A stretch of DNA of 64,000 nucleotides from the NCBI GenBank assembly GCA_951406725.2, contig OX597816.1:3720001-3784000 (forward strand), given 5' to 3'. This stretch comes from Octopus vulgaris. Its lineage: Eukaryota. Positions 26,470-38,426 of this stretch are shown here, one piece after another. The translations under genes were made by a program, and so were the position numbers. Position 1 is the stretch's first letter; each line of letters starts with the position of its first letter. The notes under the pieces are model-generated. The model was not told where the DNA came from. It saw only the letters and a program-made list of their open reading frames with translations, and did no database searches.

Positions 26470-28759
26470 ATTAGGGAATAAATCCAAAATTACAGGGAAA
26501 AATTAGATTTAGGATTAAATCCAATTTTATAGTATAAATATATTATATTATATTAAATTAGAGATAAAACCACTATTAGGCAAATCAAACAGTGAAAAAC
26601 ACAAGCCAATACATAAAATTAATTTAAAAATATAAAAGTTAAAAATAAAAATTATTCAAATAATTTAAACTTATAAATTTTATATATATATACAAATATA
26701 TATATGTATGTATGTATATTTTTATATTTATATATTTTATTAATTAATTAATTAATTAATTAATTTTTTTATTAATATCAAAAGTATTAAAAGCTTAATA
26801 AAAGATAAAGAGTATATATATATATATGTATATATATGCGTATGATTTTACATTTATATATATATAATGTAAAATCATACGCATTCCTCGATAGTTTTTC
26901 CCTTTTAATATTGGAATCTCATATCGGAAGAAAGGAAGCAGAGAAACTGCAAGTGATTCTAGCCTCTGATTCCATCCGAACTAGGAGCATCTAAAATAGG
27001 ACCATTCTGTGTCAGTTGCCACCGCGAAAAAGTAGTGAGTAGCAATCTCTGCTTGCTGAATTCTTCTACGCAATCTTTATCATTCAGAGCGAACTTGACT
27101 TTCACATAAAATGCCAACCATTCATAAATAGATTTTGTAAAAACTTTTCACTCAGAACCGAACATCCAAAAGATAATCAGTTTTTTTTATCTTCTGAGTA
27201 AATTTGATATCAAATCAATCCTCACCCCACGCACCACATACACACAAACGCCTACGCATGCGCACATAGAAGAAGTAAAACAATCCAAAATTTGGAAGTC
27301 ATTTTCAACCTTTTCTTTGTAAAAGATTAATAAACATGTCCTCCAATCAATATATCGGATAATCCTTCCGTTTAATGTCAGCTTTGTATGTAGTTTGACA
27401 TAACATCAAACACACACACATACACACATTCATATATACGTACACATACATACATAAATCTCTCTCTATCTATCTATCTACACACGCACACACACACATA
27501 TATACACACATTCATATATATGTACATACACAGATAAATCTCTTTCTCTCTCTCTCTCTCTACACACACACACATATACACATTCATATATAATATATAT
27601 ATATACACATAGATAAATCTCTCTCTTTCTACACACACACACCCATTCATATGCATGCATTCAGCTACACGCACGCACGCACGCACGCACGCAGACCACA
27701 ACTCCGAGGTTTTGGCCAACCCGATGCTATGCTCGTCATGACATTTTACAATGCAAGTTGCTTTGCAAGGACATCGACCTGAGAACCTCGGAAATGTTAT
27801 CTTCGAAGTCCACTCGCCACAAGTCTACAAAATTATTACTTTAAACGGATAGAAAACAGATTTGGATCCTCATGCATTGTGATAAGAGTAATTTATTTAG
27901 AATATAAACCGAGATCAAAAGAATATCTTGTTAAAAAGAAATGGATCCCGGATATACTAATGTAAATACATTAGTTTATATTTCTCATCAAGAAGAAGAG
28001 ATGCTTGGACGGTTGCGATTAATTAGTAAATAATCTATAAAATATATAATTTGTGGAGCAGCAGATGCATAACTAAGATAATATTATGCAATTTGATATC
28101 GATTTTAAATTACCGGATGGATGCAGAATCGTGTGACTACATAGATGATTAGTTATCAATATGAAGAGATAAAACATCTAAAGAGTCGAAGCAATGGGTG
28201 GATACTTTAAACCAACTTAACCTAGAATTTGCCGCGGGATATATTTAGGATTGGAAATTTAGTAGATAACCATAGTGCTGTGCACATCAAAATGTAGTTA
28301 GATGCTTCATTACAGAGACGAATAAACGTAGATACACATACAAGCAAAATTCGTCTCTTCTGACGACTAAGTATATTTCGTTACTTCTTTCTTTCTTTCT
28401 TTCTTTCTTTGTATATATACGTATCTATGACAATGTGTATGTGTGTTTGTCAATATGAACGGAGAAAAACAGTGAAAGAGAGAGAGGTGGAAGAGTTATA
28501 TCAGATGTCTTGCAAACAACTTGCACATGCAAGTGCTACCAGTCAAAAGCTCCGCATACCGGAAACCAGCAAGTGTATGGGATCATCAGGAGAGAATGCG
28601 CGCCGTTTCGGGGCCCTACCTCTCGACGGCATCAATGCGCACCCCCCTCACTGATATGAGGCCCCGCTTGCTAGATTAACTGGTTATCAAATAAAGCTCA
28701 ATATTCTTCTAGCCATTGCTCATCGTCTCTTTTTAACCAAATCTAGTGGCTAGCCTTCG

Positions 28760-28793
<34 letters not shown>

Positions 28794-29160
28794 GGAGGAG
28801 TTAAGTCACTTAAAACTTTCTTCACCTAAAATGGAATTTTGGAAACTCTGTATAACAACCCAGATGCATTCCAGACATATTAAGAACACGAGATCTCTTT
28901 ATGATGATGTCTTACCAATAACGTGCTATATCATTTCACATATATTTCAGTTTCATATCTACTGAGTCCGCTGATTTTGCGCGTGGAAGCACTAATAATT
29001 CATGTCTACACACAGATGCATACATACACACATACTTACCCATAAACACTCTGAGAGAGAGATTTATTTCCTTAATTATGACTCTGTGTTTGTGTGTATG
29101 TGTGAGATTTCTCTGTTTGACCACCTCGTATTCCGAAACTACAAAGTTACAGAATCCTAC

Positions 29161-29202
<42 letters not shown>

Positions 29203-29734
29203 GTCTCCTGAATTTTGTATAACATTAATTTTGAGAAACAGTAAAAATTCTTCAAAGCACGCAAATGTAGAGAGACAGAAAGCTTAAATGAGGTTGTAAT
29301 GTCACTTTTCCTTCTTCCTCTTTCTCTCTGCATGTCTTTCTCTGTCCCTGCTCTCCCCCTCCTCCTCTCTCTCTCTCTCTCTCGAATAGAGAACAGAGTT
29401 AGATAGAGAATGAGAGACGAAAGAAAAGGTAGCTATAAACCAATGATGGTGTAAAATAAGAGTGTGTCGTCACATTCTCTGTTTTCCTTCGTCGTTAAGT
29501 CTCTTTTAAATCTTTATATAATTTTCCCTCTACGCTCTTTCTGTGACTCTCCGCATATTGGGAAAGCTGAAGAGAGATAAAGGATGAAAAGCACCCATCA
29601 AAAAATGTAATATGGACAGAGAGAAGGAGGAGAAGAAAATCTCAATGATGGCGGCAGTACGTTTGTTTGACGTGAAAGTGTTTTTCTTACTCGTTCAGCC
29701 TCCCATTAATCTGTATCTTTCTCTGTTTTCTGAG

Positions 29735-30100
29735 TCTCTTTCTTCTTTTTCTTCTTCTTCTTCTTTTTCTTTTTCTTCTTCTTTTTCTTTTTCTTTTTCT
29801 TCTTTTTCTTTTTGTTCTTTTTCTTTTTCTTTTTCTTCTTTTTCTTTTTCTTCTTTTTCTTTTTCTTCTTCTTTTTCTTTTTCTTCTTCTTCTTCTTCTT
29901 TTTCTTTTTCTTCTTTTTCTTCTTTTTCTTCTTCTGTTTCTTTTTCTTTTTCTTTTCTTCTTCTGATTCTTCTTTTTCTTCTTCTTTTCTTCTTCTGTTT
30001 CTTTTTCTTCTTCTTTTTCTTTTTTTCTTCTTCTTTTCCTTCTTTTTCTTTTTCTGTTTCTTTTTCTTCTTCTTTTTCTTCTTTTGTTTCTTCTTCCTCT
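29735..30100. repeat. Pyrimidine low-complexity tract (TTC/TTTTTC)
   Basis: Directly visible; explains the spurious poly-E/K, poly-F and poly-R ORFs. Confidence 0.95.
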
Positions 30101-30385
30101 CTGAGTAGCATAGAGGGTCACAGATAATTAGGGATAACTATCAAGAGAAATATAGACATGAGGAAAAGCGGGATGGCTCTGGTGGCCGTCGTTTGAAAGC
30201 TGGATCCTAAGAAGCAAGATTCATAATTCACTTTTGCGAGCGTAAATGAACACAGATTTCTACCATTCCGCATATCCTACAGATTTATATTCAGAGCACT
30301 ATTCCTTAAATGATATTGGTCTCTAGATCCCTAAAGTTATATAATTACATTGAGAACCAGTTATCCATGTAATTACGTATGTATA

Positions 30386-30570
30386 AAGGGAAATTTTACG
30401 AAAAAACAAAAGACGAAGACAGGTGGTGTACAAAACAAACAGATGTATTAGTATAACACTCAGGAATGGAAAGTATTTTACGTTTCGAGCCTACGCTCTT
30501 CTACAGAAAGAGACACAGAAAAAACAAGGAGAGAAAAAATGTGTAGTGGCTAACGATCTCTGGCTAACCA
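30386..30570 (-). mobile_element. pLTR-like repeat with HHR-like motif at 30476-30510; second copy at 52243-52360
   Basis: Both copies share aagacgaagacaggtggtgta..aaacaaacagatgtattagtataa. Minus strand reads ttt-CTGTAGA-a-GAGC-gtag-GCTC-GAAAC-GTA-aaa. Confidence 0.6.
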
Positions 30571-30849
30571 AAACAATTACAGGAGGATAAAAACGTACAA
30601 ACTCCTGATAACAATTATTTATTGGTCCATTTAAGGGTTATACTCTTCGTAGCAGACAATTAATATGAAAGACGCACTTCGTTGCAAAGATCTTCTAAGA
30701 AACTGCGTGATGGATTTAATACAGGCTGTTTTGACGGCCGCGGCCCCAGAAGCATTTCATATAAACCGATGTCAACAAACCAGTTCCATCCAAATCAAAG
30801 GTCTGCTTTCACAAAAGAAAAATTACATTGGTGCCAGTCTGCAGATAGT

Positions 30850-31018
30850 GGTTTCAAATTTCGAGGAAAGGGGTAAGTCGATTACATTTACCCCAGTACT
30901 CAACTGGTACTTATTTTATCGACCACGAAGTAATGAAAGGCAAAGACGACGTCGGCAGAAATTGACCTCTGAACGTAAAAACGGACAAATTTTGTCCGGT
31001 CTGCTAATGATTCGGCCA
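30850..31018 (-). mobile_element. SINE family A variant, degenerate
   Basis: aagtcgattac...caactggtacttattttatcgacc...gaaaggcaaag. Confidence 0.6.
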
Positions 31019-31087
31019 ATGTCTAGAGATGCACTGGAGTGGGTTTTCTATGTTTAACCTCCAGTTACAGTCATAAGGGTGTATCTT

Positions 31088-31390
31088 TTATCGTTTACTT
31101 CTTTTCGTCATTAGACTGCGGCCGTGATGGGGCACCACCTTGAAAAATCGACGTTCGGACTTGCTTGACCGGTTGTAAATCAGTGATGGGTGACAAACAA
31201 AAGCACAAGGAGACATCCGCTTACACGACGGGCTTCTCTTAGTTTCCGTCTACCAAATCCGCTCAAAAGGTTTTGGTTGGCCCAGGCTTTTTGGAGAAGG
31301 CACTTGTCCATGTTGTCACGCAGTGAGATTGAACTCGGAATCGTGTGGCTGGGAAGCAAACTTCTTATCCCACAGCCACGCCTGCCCCTA
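31088..31390 (-). mobile_element. SINE family B
   Basis: acgacgggcttctcttagtttccgtctaccaaatcc...cacagccacgcctgccc is the reverse complement of family B. Confidence 0.8.
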
Positions 31391-32559
31391 CACATGCCAA
31401 CACACAGCAGTCTAAACGAAGTATTATCCCCTGCAATTATTCTTGCACCAAGTGGTGGCATCATCACGTGTAATTCCACGGGAACGTATAAAGTAAGACT
31501 TTAGACGAATACATCTTAATCTGCACAGCTTTGTGCGACATTAATTATTCAATTCCAGCTCAGTCAAGCGGTATGCACATGAAGAAACTATCCACTTTGA
31601 CTTTGTCGTAAGAATAATTCTATATTTACCTAGCTGTGAGCAATTGAGTATTTAATGAAGCGGAACGACGCAGAAACGCATGCGTCCTACGATCTAATGC
31701 TGTCATTCATAGCCCCAAAATAAAATGTGTATTTACACAAGTCAAGAGAGGAGAATTTTAACCCAGAAGCTATTTCTGCAGCGGTAGGTCTTATCACGCC
31801 CGATTACACTCGAACGTGTTGAATATTACATGTGTGTGTGTATGGAATTGCCATTTGACTCTCTATAGTTATATAGGTTCAATATCAAACCGAACCATAA
31901 GAGTAAGTATTTTTCATTATTATTGAGTTGCATACATTTCTAGTGAACGGATAGAGTTTACGTGGGAAGACATCTCAGTTGATCATTGGATGTCGTAAGT
32001 GTAAAACCACTGCGATGTATTACGGAAATATTCGTATGAAAGTTCTACACGCACATATACACACACACAGATATCTCTTATTGAAACTGACGCTGACATT
32101 ATAGCGCGCTTCATGCTTAACACCAGTGCGATCATCAGGGGAAACTAACATGATTTGCTATTAGTGATGTATATACATTCGCTGATGTAAGTGTGTGCAG
32201 TCTTGCACTTTGTGTTATTTCATTGGTCGTATGTTGTGTCTATGGGATGATGTTCATATTTCATGCAGTTGTAGGCAGGGTTTATTTAATATTTGCTTAC
32301 CGTCAATTTGTAAGTTGGTCGTAAATGTTGTAGCTATTATTATTTCTATTATTCAGTAGTCTTATTTTTATAACGTGTTTTCACTTCACTACCGAGCGAG
32401 GCTTTGTGTGCTGTGGTTTGCTGTGATGCTCTTATTTTCACTGTATTGAAATTGTTTTGCGTAGGATGTGTGCAGTGCCTAGTAGCGCTATTTTCTGTAT
32501 GTTATATATACTTGTTATTCTTGGTGTTTTTGTTATATATTTGTTGGAATATTTTTTAT

Positions 32560-32825
32560 CCAGTCCCGTTGCGTAGCATCTTGGGCAAGAGCCTTCTACT
32601 ATATCCCCGGGCCGACCAAAGCCTTGTGAGTGGATTTGATATAGAGAAACTGAAAGATGCCCGTCACCTATATGTGTGTCTGTGCTTGACAACCGATGTT
32701 GGTGTGTTTACTTTCCTATAACGTAGCGTTTCGGCAAAAGAGACCGATAGAATAATTACTAGTCTTACAAAGGATAAGTCCTGGGATCGATTTGCTCGAT
32801 TAAAGACTGAAATAAAATAAAAGAA
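32560..32825 (+). mobile_element. SINE family B, 5'-truncated
   Basis: catcttgggcaag...gccgaccaaagccttgtgagtggatttg...cggcaaaagagaccgatagaataa. Confidence 0.8.
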
Positions 32826-33110
32826 TACCTAATGCACCTACTAAGATAAGAATTGTTTCTGTTTTTAGATTCCACTTTCGAGTTACCTCTATTTCCAGAT
32901 TTTTGTATTTTGAAAGTTTCTCCATTTCTTTTAGAGAAACATTGTCATCTGTTGGTATTGATACATTGATTAAAAAGCATGCTTTCCTTGGTGATCTCTG
33001 ACAACTATATCCGGTCTTTTATACCGAGACAAAAACAATATATATGATAAGACTTCCAATCAGTTAAGATCAGAAGCCATGAAAGCCACTGCCTGGTACT
33101 GCATCAGGGC

Positions 33111-33159
<49 letters not shown>

Positions 33160-33737
33160 GTGTTTATGTTTATTTTTTTATTATTATTTTGTGTATTTAT
33201 TTACTGTAGTATGAGAGTGTGCGTGTGTTTCGAGCATGCGCAGTATGTGTTTAATTGTATAGATTTGGGTCAGTGTTGAAGAGACAAAGTAAAATGGTTA
33301 AGGAGTTTACGACGATCTTAGTGGATTGTCACAGCTATATAATATTTTATGTCTAAATCGAAGAATTTAATGAATGGCTGAGTTGGCATTTTGTTTAAAG
33401 GATTGTATTACACCCACGTCAATTGCACACATTTTCTCACCTATAATGACATCCACAGGTGACACAACATTCATTAGAAACAAAACAATCGATACTCCAT
33501 ACATACATACGCACAGGATAAATTCACTCAGCTAAATAAAAAAGTATCATAAAATAAAATTAATGCAAATAATGGGAAACATTTGCCACCAATCAGCCAA
33601 CCAACCAATTTACCATAAACAAATTAATAAGATCCCCCCTCCCACCTACAATTACATGAAATATAAGCACCAAACCATAGACACAATATTCAACCATGAA
33701 ATATCACATGTAGCAGATCACCCACATGCATCAACGG

Positions 33738-33774
<37 letters not shown>

Positions 33775-33811
33775 AAAATTGAATAAGGGTAGAAATTGAT
33801 ATGCGGTCACA

Positions 33812-33856
<45 letters not shown>

Positions 33857-33946
33857 AAATTTAAAATGAGGGTGAGAAATTAGATATTAATTTAATTAAC
33901 AATCGATTTCACACCAGTGGTCTAGCAGTAAAATTGTATTATATAC

Positions 33947-34556
33947 ATATTAGAGGGAAACCACTAGTGGACACCCTTATGCTAGAAATAGATCCGCTAT
34001 GGTCTGACCTCTAAGAAATGTTCTCAAAAAAATTTTAGTAAAACAACCAAAACGTAATCGAGCAAGACAAAAAAAAAAGCAATAAAAATATGGATTATTC
34101 CCATCCATGTTTCACTATCACCATATTACATAATTTTAATTACGCAATTTGTCTGTAGATCTTTGGTGTGACCGTCCAAATGAATATAATTTGCAGAACT
34201 GCATACTAGGACGTCCGCACAAAGTCAGATTTGTAAACAGTTCTACCCATTACACTCGTGGTTACTATTCAAATGTCCTCGTTTTGGCGCGCTAAATTAC
34301 TGGAAAAAAATGATGCTGCACAAAATAATTTAATCACACCGAAGATCTACGGACATCTTACGTAAGTAAAATTATGTAAAATGTTAATAGTGAAACATGT
34401 ATGTAAATAATCCATATTTTTACTGCTTTTTTTGTCTTGCTCGATTACGTTTTGGTTGTTTTGCTAAATTTTTCTTAAGAACATTTCTTAGTGGTAAGGC
34501 TAGAGCGGATCTATTTCTAGCATAAGGGTGTCCACATAGTGGGTTCCCTCTAATAT
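33947..34556. repeat. Long inverted repeat (arms 33947-34171 / 34334-34556), pLTR-like family, HHR-like motif at 34336-34404
   Basis: Arms are reverse complements (gacacccttatgctagaaatagatccgct / agcggatctatttctagcataagggtgtc). CCGAAGA, long stem II, GAAAC-AT-GTA. The adjoining sequence aaaatgagggtg..caccagtggt recurs at 35872-35935 (-) and 41594-41750. Confidence 0.8.
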
Positions 34557-34572
34557 ATATATATATGTGTGT

Positions 34573-34790
34573 GTTAGTTAGTTAATTTTTTGGCTCAAAA
34601 AGCAAAAAGCAAGGCCATGTCGGGGGACATGGAGTTATGTACAGGGTGGTGTTCATGTAAAGAGTTCAGGTCACTTGTGGTCAAGGGAGACTTTGAACCG
34701 AGCGGTCGTCGGCATCTTCACTATCTCGTCCGGCAGCTTATTCCACGGATCCGCAACCCGGACGGAGAAAGCCCCTCTCCTTCGATTGAG
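34573..34790 (-). mobile_element. CR1-clade LINE 3' end with (TAAC)n tail
   Basis: Minus strand RRRGAFSVRVADPWNKLPDEIVKMPTTARFKVSLD; second copy at 42656-42810. Confidence 0.85.
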
Positions 34791-34814
34791 AATATATATG
34801 CACACTTTCTTTTT

Positions 34815-34958
34815 ATTAAAGCTGCAAAAACATCACAAAAAACTGTTACTCAGAGTTCCACGTTCCCGTTTGTCGGGCAGTTGCCTACATTACAATTGCC
34901 CGACGAACGTGGAACTCTGAGTAGCATTTTGTTTTGGTGATGTTTTTGCAGCTTTAAT
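34815..34958. repeat. Inverted repeat (arms 34815-34883 / 34893-34958) formed by a degenerate hammerhead-bearing pLTR
   Basis: attaaagctgcaaaaacatcac / gtgatgtttttgcagctttaat. Minus strand aactgc-CCGACAA-ACG-ggaa-CGT-GGAAC-TCTGA-GTA-acagtt. Confidence 0.8.
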
Positions 34959-35237
34959 TTGAAAAATGCATATTACTCTACCTTCGTTATTCGCGTACTA
35001 GTTATTTTTTCCATTTTGTATTGCATTTATATGTTTGCTCGTGTGTGTGTGCCTCTGTGTGTGTGTGCGTGTGTATACACTTAATGGTACCAAATGGAGT
35101 TAGTTTTACCTGATGATCTCACTGACGTGAACCTGGAGTCGCAGTACAAACTTTCAGCTTCAGTTTTAATAATTATACTCTCTACGACATGTATTGAGTT
35201 CTTCTTTATCATCTGTTCACTATTATTGACGCACGTA

Positions 35238-35424
35238 TTCTTTTACGTGTTGCAGCCATTTGACTGCGGCCATGCTGCAGCATCGCCTGTAGTCGAGCAA
35301 ATCGACCCAGGACATATTCTTTGTAAGTCTAGTACTTATTCTAGTTACGGAGATGTAAGCACACAAGCATCGGTTGTCAAGCGGTGTTGGGGGGGGGGGG
35401 AGACAAACACACACACACACACAC

Positions 35425-35464
<40 letters not shown>

Positions 35465-35619
35465 GACGGGCTTCCTTCAGTTACCATCTACTAAATCCAC
35501 TCACAAGGCTTTGGTTGTCCCGGGGCTATAGTAGAAGACATTTGCCCAAGGTACCATGCAGTGGTACAGAACCCGGAATCATGCGATTGGGAAGCAAGCT
35601 ACTTACCACACAGCCACTC
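35238..35619 (-). mobile_element. SINE family B, full length
   Basis: tttgactgcggccatgctg...acgacgggcttc...ccactcacaaggctttgg...cttaccacacagccactc. Confidence 0.85.
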
Positions 35620-35931
35620 TATTTCACGTTGCCCCGGTTCACTCAGCTGTAGAAATGAGTTGCGACGCCACAGGTGCCAAGCTGTATCGGCCTCTTTGCC
35701 TTTCCCTTGGATACCTGGTGGTGTGGAGAGGGGAGACCGGTATGCATGGGCGACTGCTGGTCTTCCATAAACAACCTTGCCCGGACTTATGGCCTGAGAG
35801 GGGAACTTTCTAGGTGCAATCCCATGGTCAGTCATGACGGAAGGGGGTCTCATATATACATATATATTTGCTAGACCACTGGTATTAAAATTGATGTTAT
35901 CAAATTAATATCCAATTTTTTCACCCTCATT

Positions 35932-35983
<52 letters not shown>

Positions 35984-36243
35984 CAATAATATTAAGGAAT
36001 TGCCTTAATAGGCCATTCAACTCACTAAAACGAGCAGCCAAACTCAAACCGCTAAATAGTAGTAATTCAGAAATCAAAGGAAAATTAAAAACATTTACCC
36101 AGGATACCTGATGAAGGCTGGAGGGTATATCGGCCGAAACGTTGTGTTAACAACAGACAAGATGAGGACAAATATCCGTCAAATGTAAATAATGTATTTT
36201 AGTGAGTTGAATGGCCTATTAAGGCCATTTCTTAATATTATTG
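35984..36243. repeat. Inverted repeat (arms 35984-36030 / 36197-36243) whose loop holds a truncated copy of the 37.5-38.5 kb HHR element
   Basis: ccttaataggccattcaactcactaaaa / ttttagtgagttgaatggcctattaagg; loop segment 36097-36196 matches 38381-38475. Confidence 0.85.
36103..36148 (+). ncRNA. Minimal type I hammerhead ribozyme (PLE type, no intramolecular stem III)
   Basis: gatac-CTGATGA-a-GGCTG-gagggtatat-CGGCC-GAAAC-GTT-gtgtt. Confidence 0.75.
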
Positions 36244-36713
36244 TTGAATGTACATTATATAGTTTTTTCACTATTTTTTCTTTCTCACTAGACCGGTGGT
36301 GGCGAAAAAAATTTCTATTGAATTTTTTGCTACCCTTATATTGATTAATATATATATATAGCTGTATAAAGAGCAAAGGGAATATATGAAGTTCCTTAGA
36401 CTTTTAGAAATTTCGTACATTTCGGGGTGGTTAATTAAGAGAGTGCAGTACACTAACTTCTAATCATTGAAAAACTGAAATATAGTTTTCTGTTACTAAC
36501 TCCAGGGTCATTTCTAGTGCATTATTATCGATTATAATCAGCTGTTGTACAAAATAGCTTTGATAGTGTTCAAAAGGTGATTGATCTAATAATAATTTCC
36601 ATATTTATAACAAGTATCAATAAACCTATTTTTTATATCCACCTGTTATTACTTCCGTACTAGTTTGAATATGCACAAAATACACATACATGAACATATA
36701 CATCCTATCGTTC

Positions 36714-36752
<39 letters not shown>

Positions 36753-36785
36753 ACACACACACATACACACACACACACACACAAA

Positions 36786-37166
36786 TCTCTATATAAAGCT
36801 GAAGTTGTCTGTGTGTGTGTGTGTGTGGCAGGTTTGGTAGCCTTCAACTAACATTATCTCCTCTAAAACCCTGCGGCGCAAGTTGACCAAAATTGAGAGT
36901 ATAATAGAAGAAGGCTTGCTCTTCATTCTGTAGAAGAAAAAATTCAAATCGGACCATGTTAACACCAAAACTTATTTACATCAAAAAGGTGCTTCTTTTT
37001 CTATGAAAATCCCTGTTTTTTACGATTATTTGCTGTGTTGTCATTTTTCGGTGTATTTCAACCAGAAAAATGTTCACTTAAAGAGAATAACAAGCCACGT
37101 AATGCAAAATTTTTACTTTTCAAAAATTCCAATTCAAACCCGAGCAACGCCGGGCGATACTGCTAG
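36786..37166 (+). mobile_element. Non-autonomous Helitron-like element
   Basis: 5' TC start, internal (TG)n, 3' hairpin cccg-agcaacgc-cggg then CTAG, inserted between A and T. Same 3' end as 52984-53381. Confidence 0.7.
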
Positions 37167-37577
37167 TATATGTATATAATTAATATTCCTTAGAGGGTAG
37201 TACCGACATTGTTAACGTGTATCGCATTAGAAACATATGCCTTTGGACAAAACCTGCTGGAAGCCTCACGTAGATGAACTGAAAGGAACGGAATTGTTTC
37301 ATTGCCAAAAAGTTATTATTAGTCTCTAACTGCACTAGTAAAAAATGGAAACCATGTCTCTGCATGTCCTGCCCAGTATAGACTTCCCCCATCTCCTCCT
37401 ACAAGCACACATGCCAGAAGCCTACGGGGAGACTCTTTACGAGGTCACTCGAACTGGTAGAAGAAGCAGTCAAATCTCTCTGAAATCTCATCGTACTGCA
37501 GTTCTATATCGAAGAGATGAGGAATTAGGTACATTATTTACATTTGACTGATATTTGTCCTCATCTTGTGTGTTGTT

Positions 37578-37620
37578 AACACAACGTTTCGGCTGATATA
37601 TCCCCCACCCCTTCATCAGG
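37578..37620 (-). ncRNA. Minimal hammerhead ribozyme, decayed stems
   Basis: Minus strand CTGATGA...CAGCC-GAAAC-GTT-gtgtt; 5' strands of stems I and II mutated. Confidence 0.55.
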
Positions 37621-37838
37621 TTCACCTGGGTTCTCATTCCTAAGGTATTTTTCGATGTTAATATTATCATTCAGGTCCCAGCTTGGAATCGAACTCGGAA
37701 TCTTGGGATAGGTAGCCCGAGCTCTTAACCACTACACCATATGCCCGTAGGCTACTAAACCCAAGATTCCGAGTTCGATTCCAAGCAGTGACCTGAATAA
37801 TAATATTAATAATAATAACATCGAAAAATCCCTTAGGA

Positions 37839-38233
37839 ATGGGAACCCAGGTTCGAAATTTCCCAAAGACACCTGATGAAAGGTGGAGGGTATATCAGCC
37901 GAAACGTTGTGTTAACAACAAGTTGAGGACAAATATCCGTCAAATGTAAATAATGTAAATAATGTACATAATTCCTCATCTCGTAAATATAGAACTGTAT
38001 TATCTAATCGGTTCGGAGCCGATATTAGACTTCAATGGAGACAAATAGAGAAACCCCATCAAAAACTAGCTCGTCTTTCAAACCATCTAATTTTCCTGTG
38101 TAGATGTAGAGACTCAAAGCTAATACCACCTGGCTTGAATATAATGACCCCAGTGGATTCATATAAAGCTAGAAGAGTAGCAGAAAGGGCAGGACATCCC
38201 CTCGTCTGTGAGAAGATCCATTACAACCGTTAA
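37839..38233 (+). pseudogene. Truncated Penelope-like ORF N-terminus reading through the hammerhead
   Basis: MGTQVRNFPKTPDERWRVYQPKRCVNN, then (after a 4-nt deletion relative to the sister copies) EDKYPSNV...WRQIEKPHQKLARLSNHLIFLCRCRDSKLIPPGLNIMTPVDSYKARRVAERAGHPLVCEKIH. The NHxxFLxRCxxxxxIPxGL pattern is typical of PLE ORF N-termini. Confidence 0.7.
37868..37913 (+). ncRNA. Minimal hammerhead ribozyme
   Basis: gacac-CTGATGA-aaggtg...cagcc-GAAAC-GTT-gtgtt; stem II slightly mutated. Confidence 0.7.
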
Positions 38234-38239
38234 GCCCAC

Positions 38240-38312
38240 GGGCATATGGCATAGTGGTTAAGAGCACGGGCTACTAACCCCAAGATTCCGAGTTCGATTC
38301 CATGCAGTGACC
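38240..38312 (+). promoter_or_regulatory. tRNA-derived Pol III internal promoter (SINE-like head)
   Basis: A box TGGCATAGTGG 38247-38257, anticodon-like arm ggg-ctactaa-ccc, B box GTTCGATTCC 38292-38301. Poor acceptor stem, so not a functional tRNA. Inverted copy at 37674-37746. Confidence 0.75.
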
Positions 38313-38380
38313 TGAATAATAATGATAATAATATAATCGAAATGATTAGGAATGAGAACTCGGGTTATAAATTTCCTCAA

Positions 38381-38426
38381 GACACCTGATGAAGGCTGGA
38401 GGGTATAACAGCCGAAACGTTGTGTT
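38381..38426 (+). ncRNA. Minimal type I hammerhead ribozyme (best copy of its family)
   Basis: gacac-CTGATGA-a-GGCTG-gagggtataa-CAGCC-GAAAC-GTT-gtgtt: 5-bp stem I, perfect 5-bp stem II, palindromic AACGTT in place of stem III. Confidence 0.8.

Noticed and set aside
29612-30127. Long ORFs rich in E/K, R/K, F or S
   Set aside because: All frames are open only because of a TTC/TTTTTC low-complexity tract; no evidence of coding.
35103-35150. CTGATGA-tctcactgacgtgaacc-tggaGTC possible HHR
   Set aside because: GAAA box and stem I are broken; may be a fossil but is not supportable.
38240-38312. Possible tRNA gene (anticodon-like ACT)
   Set aside because: Acceptor and T stems pair poorly and it is embedded in a repeated element; treated as a SINE-like head.
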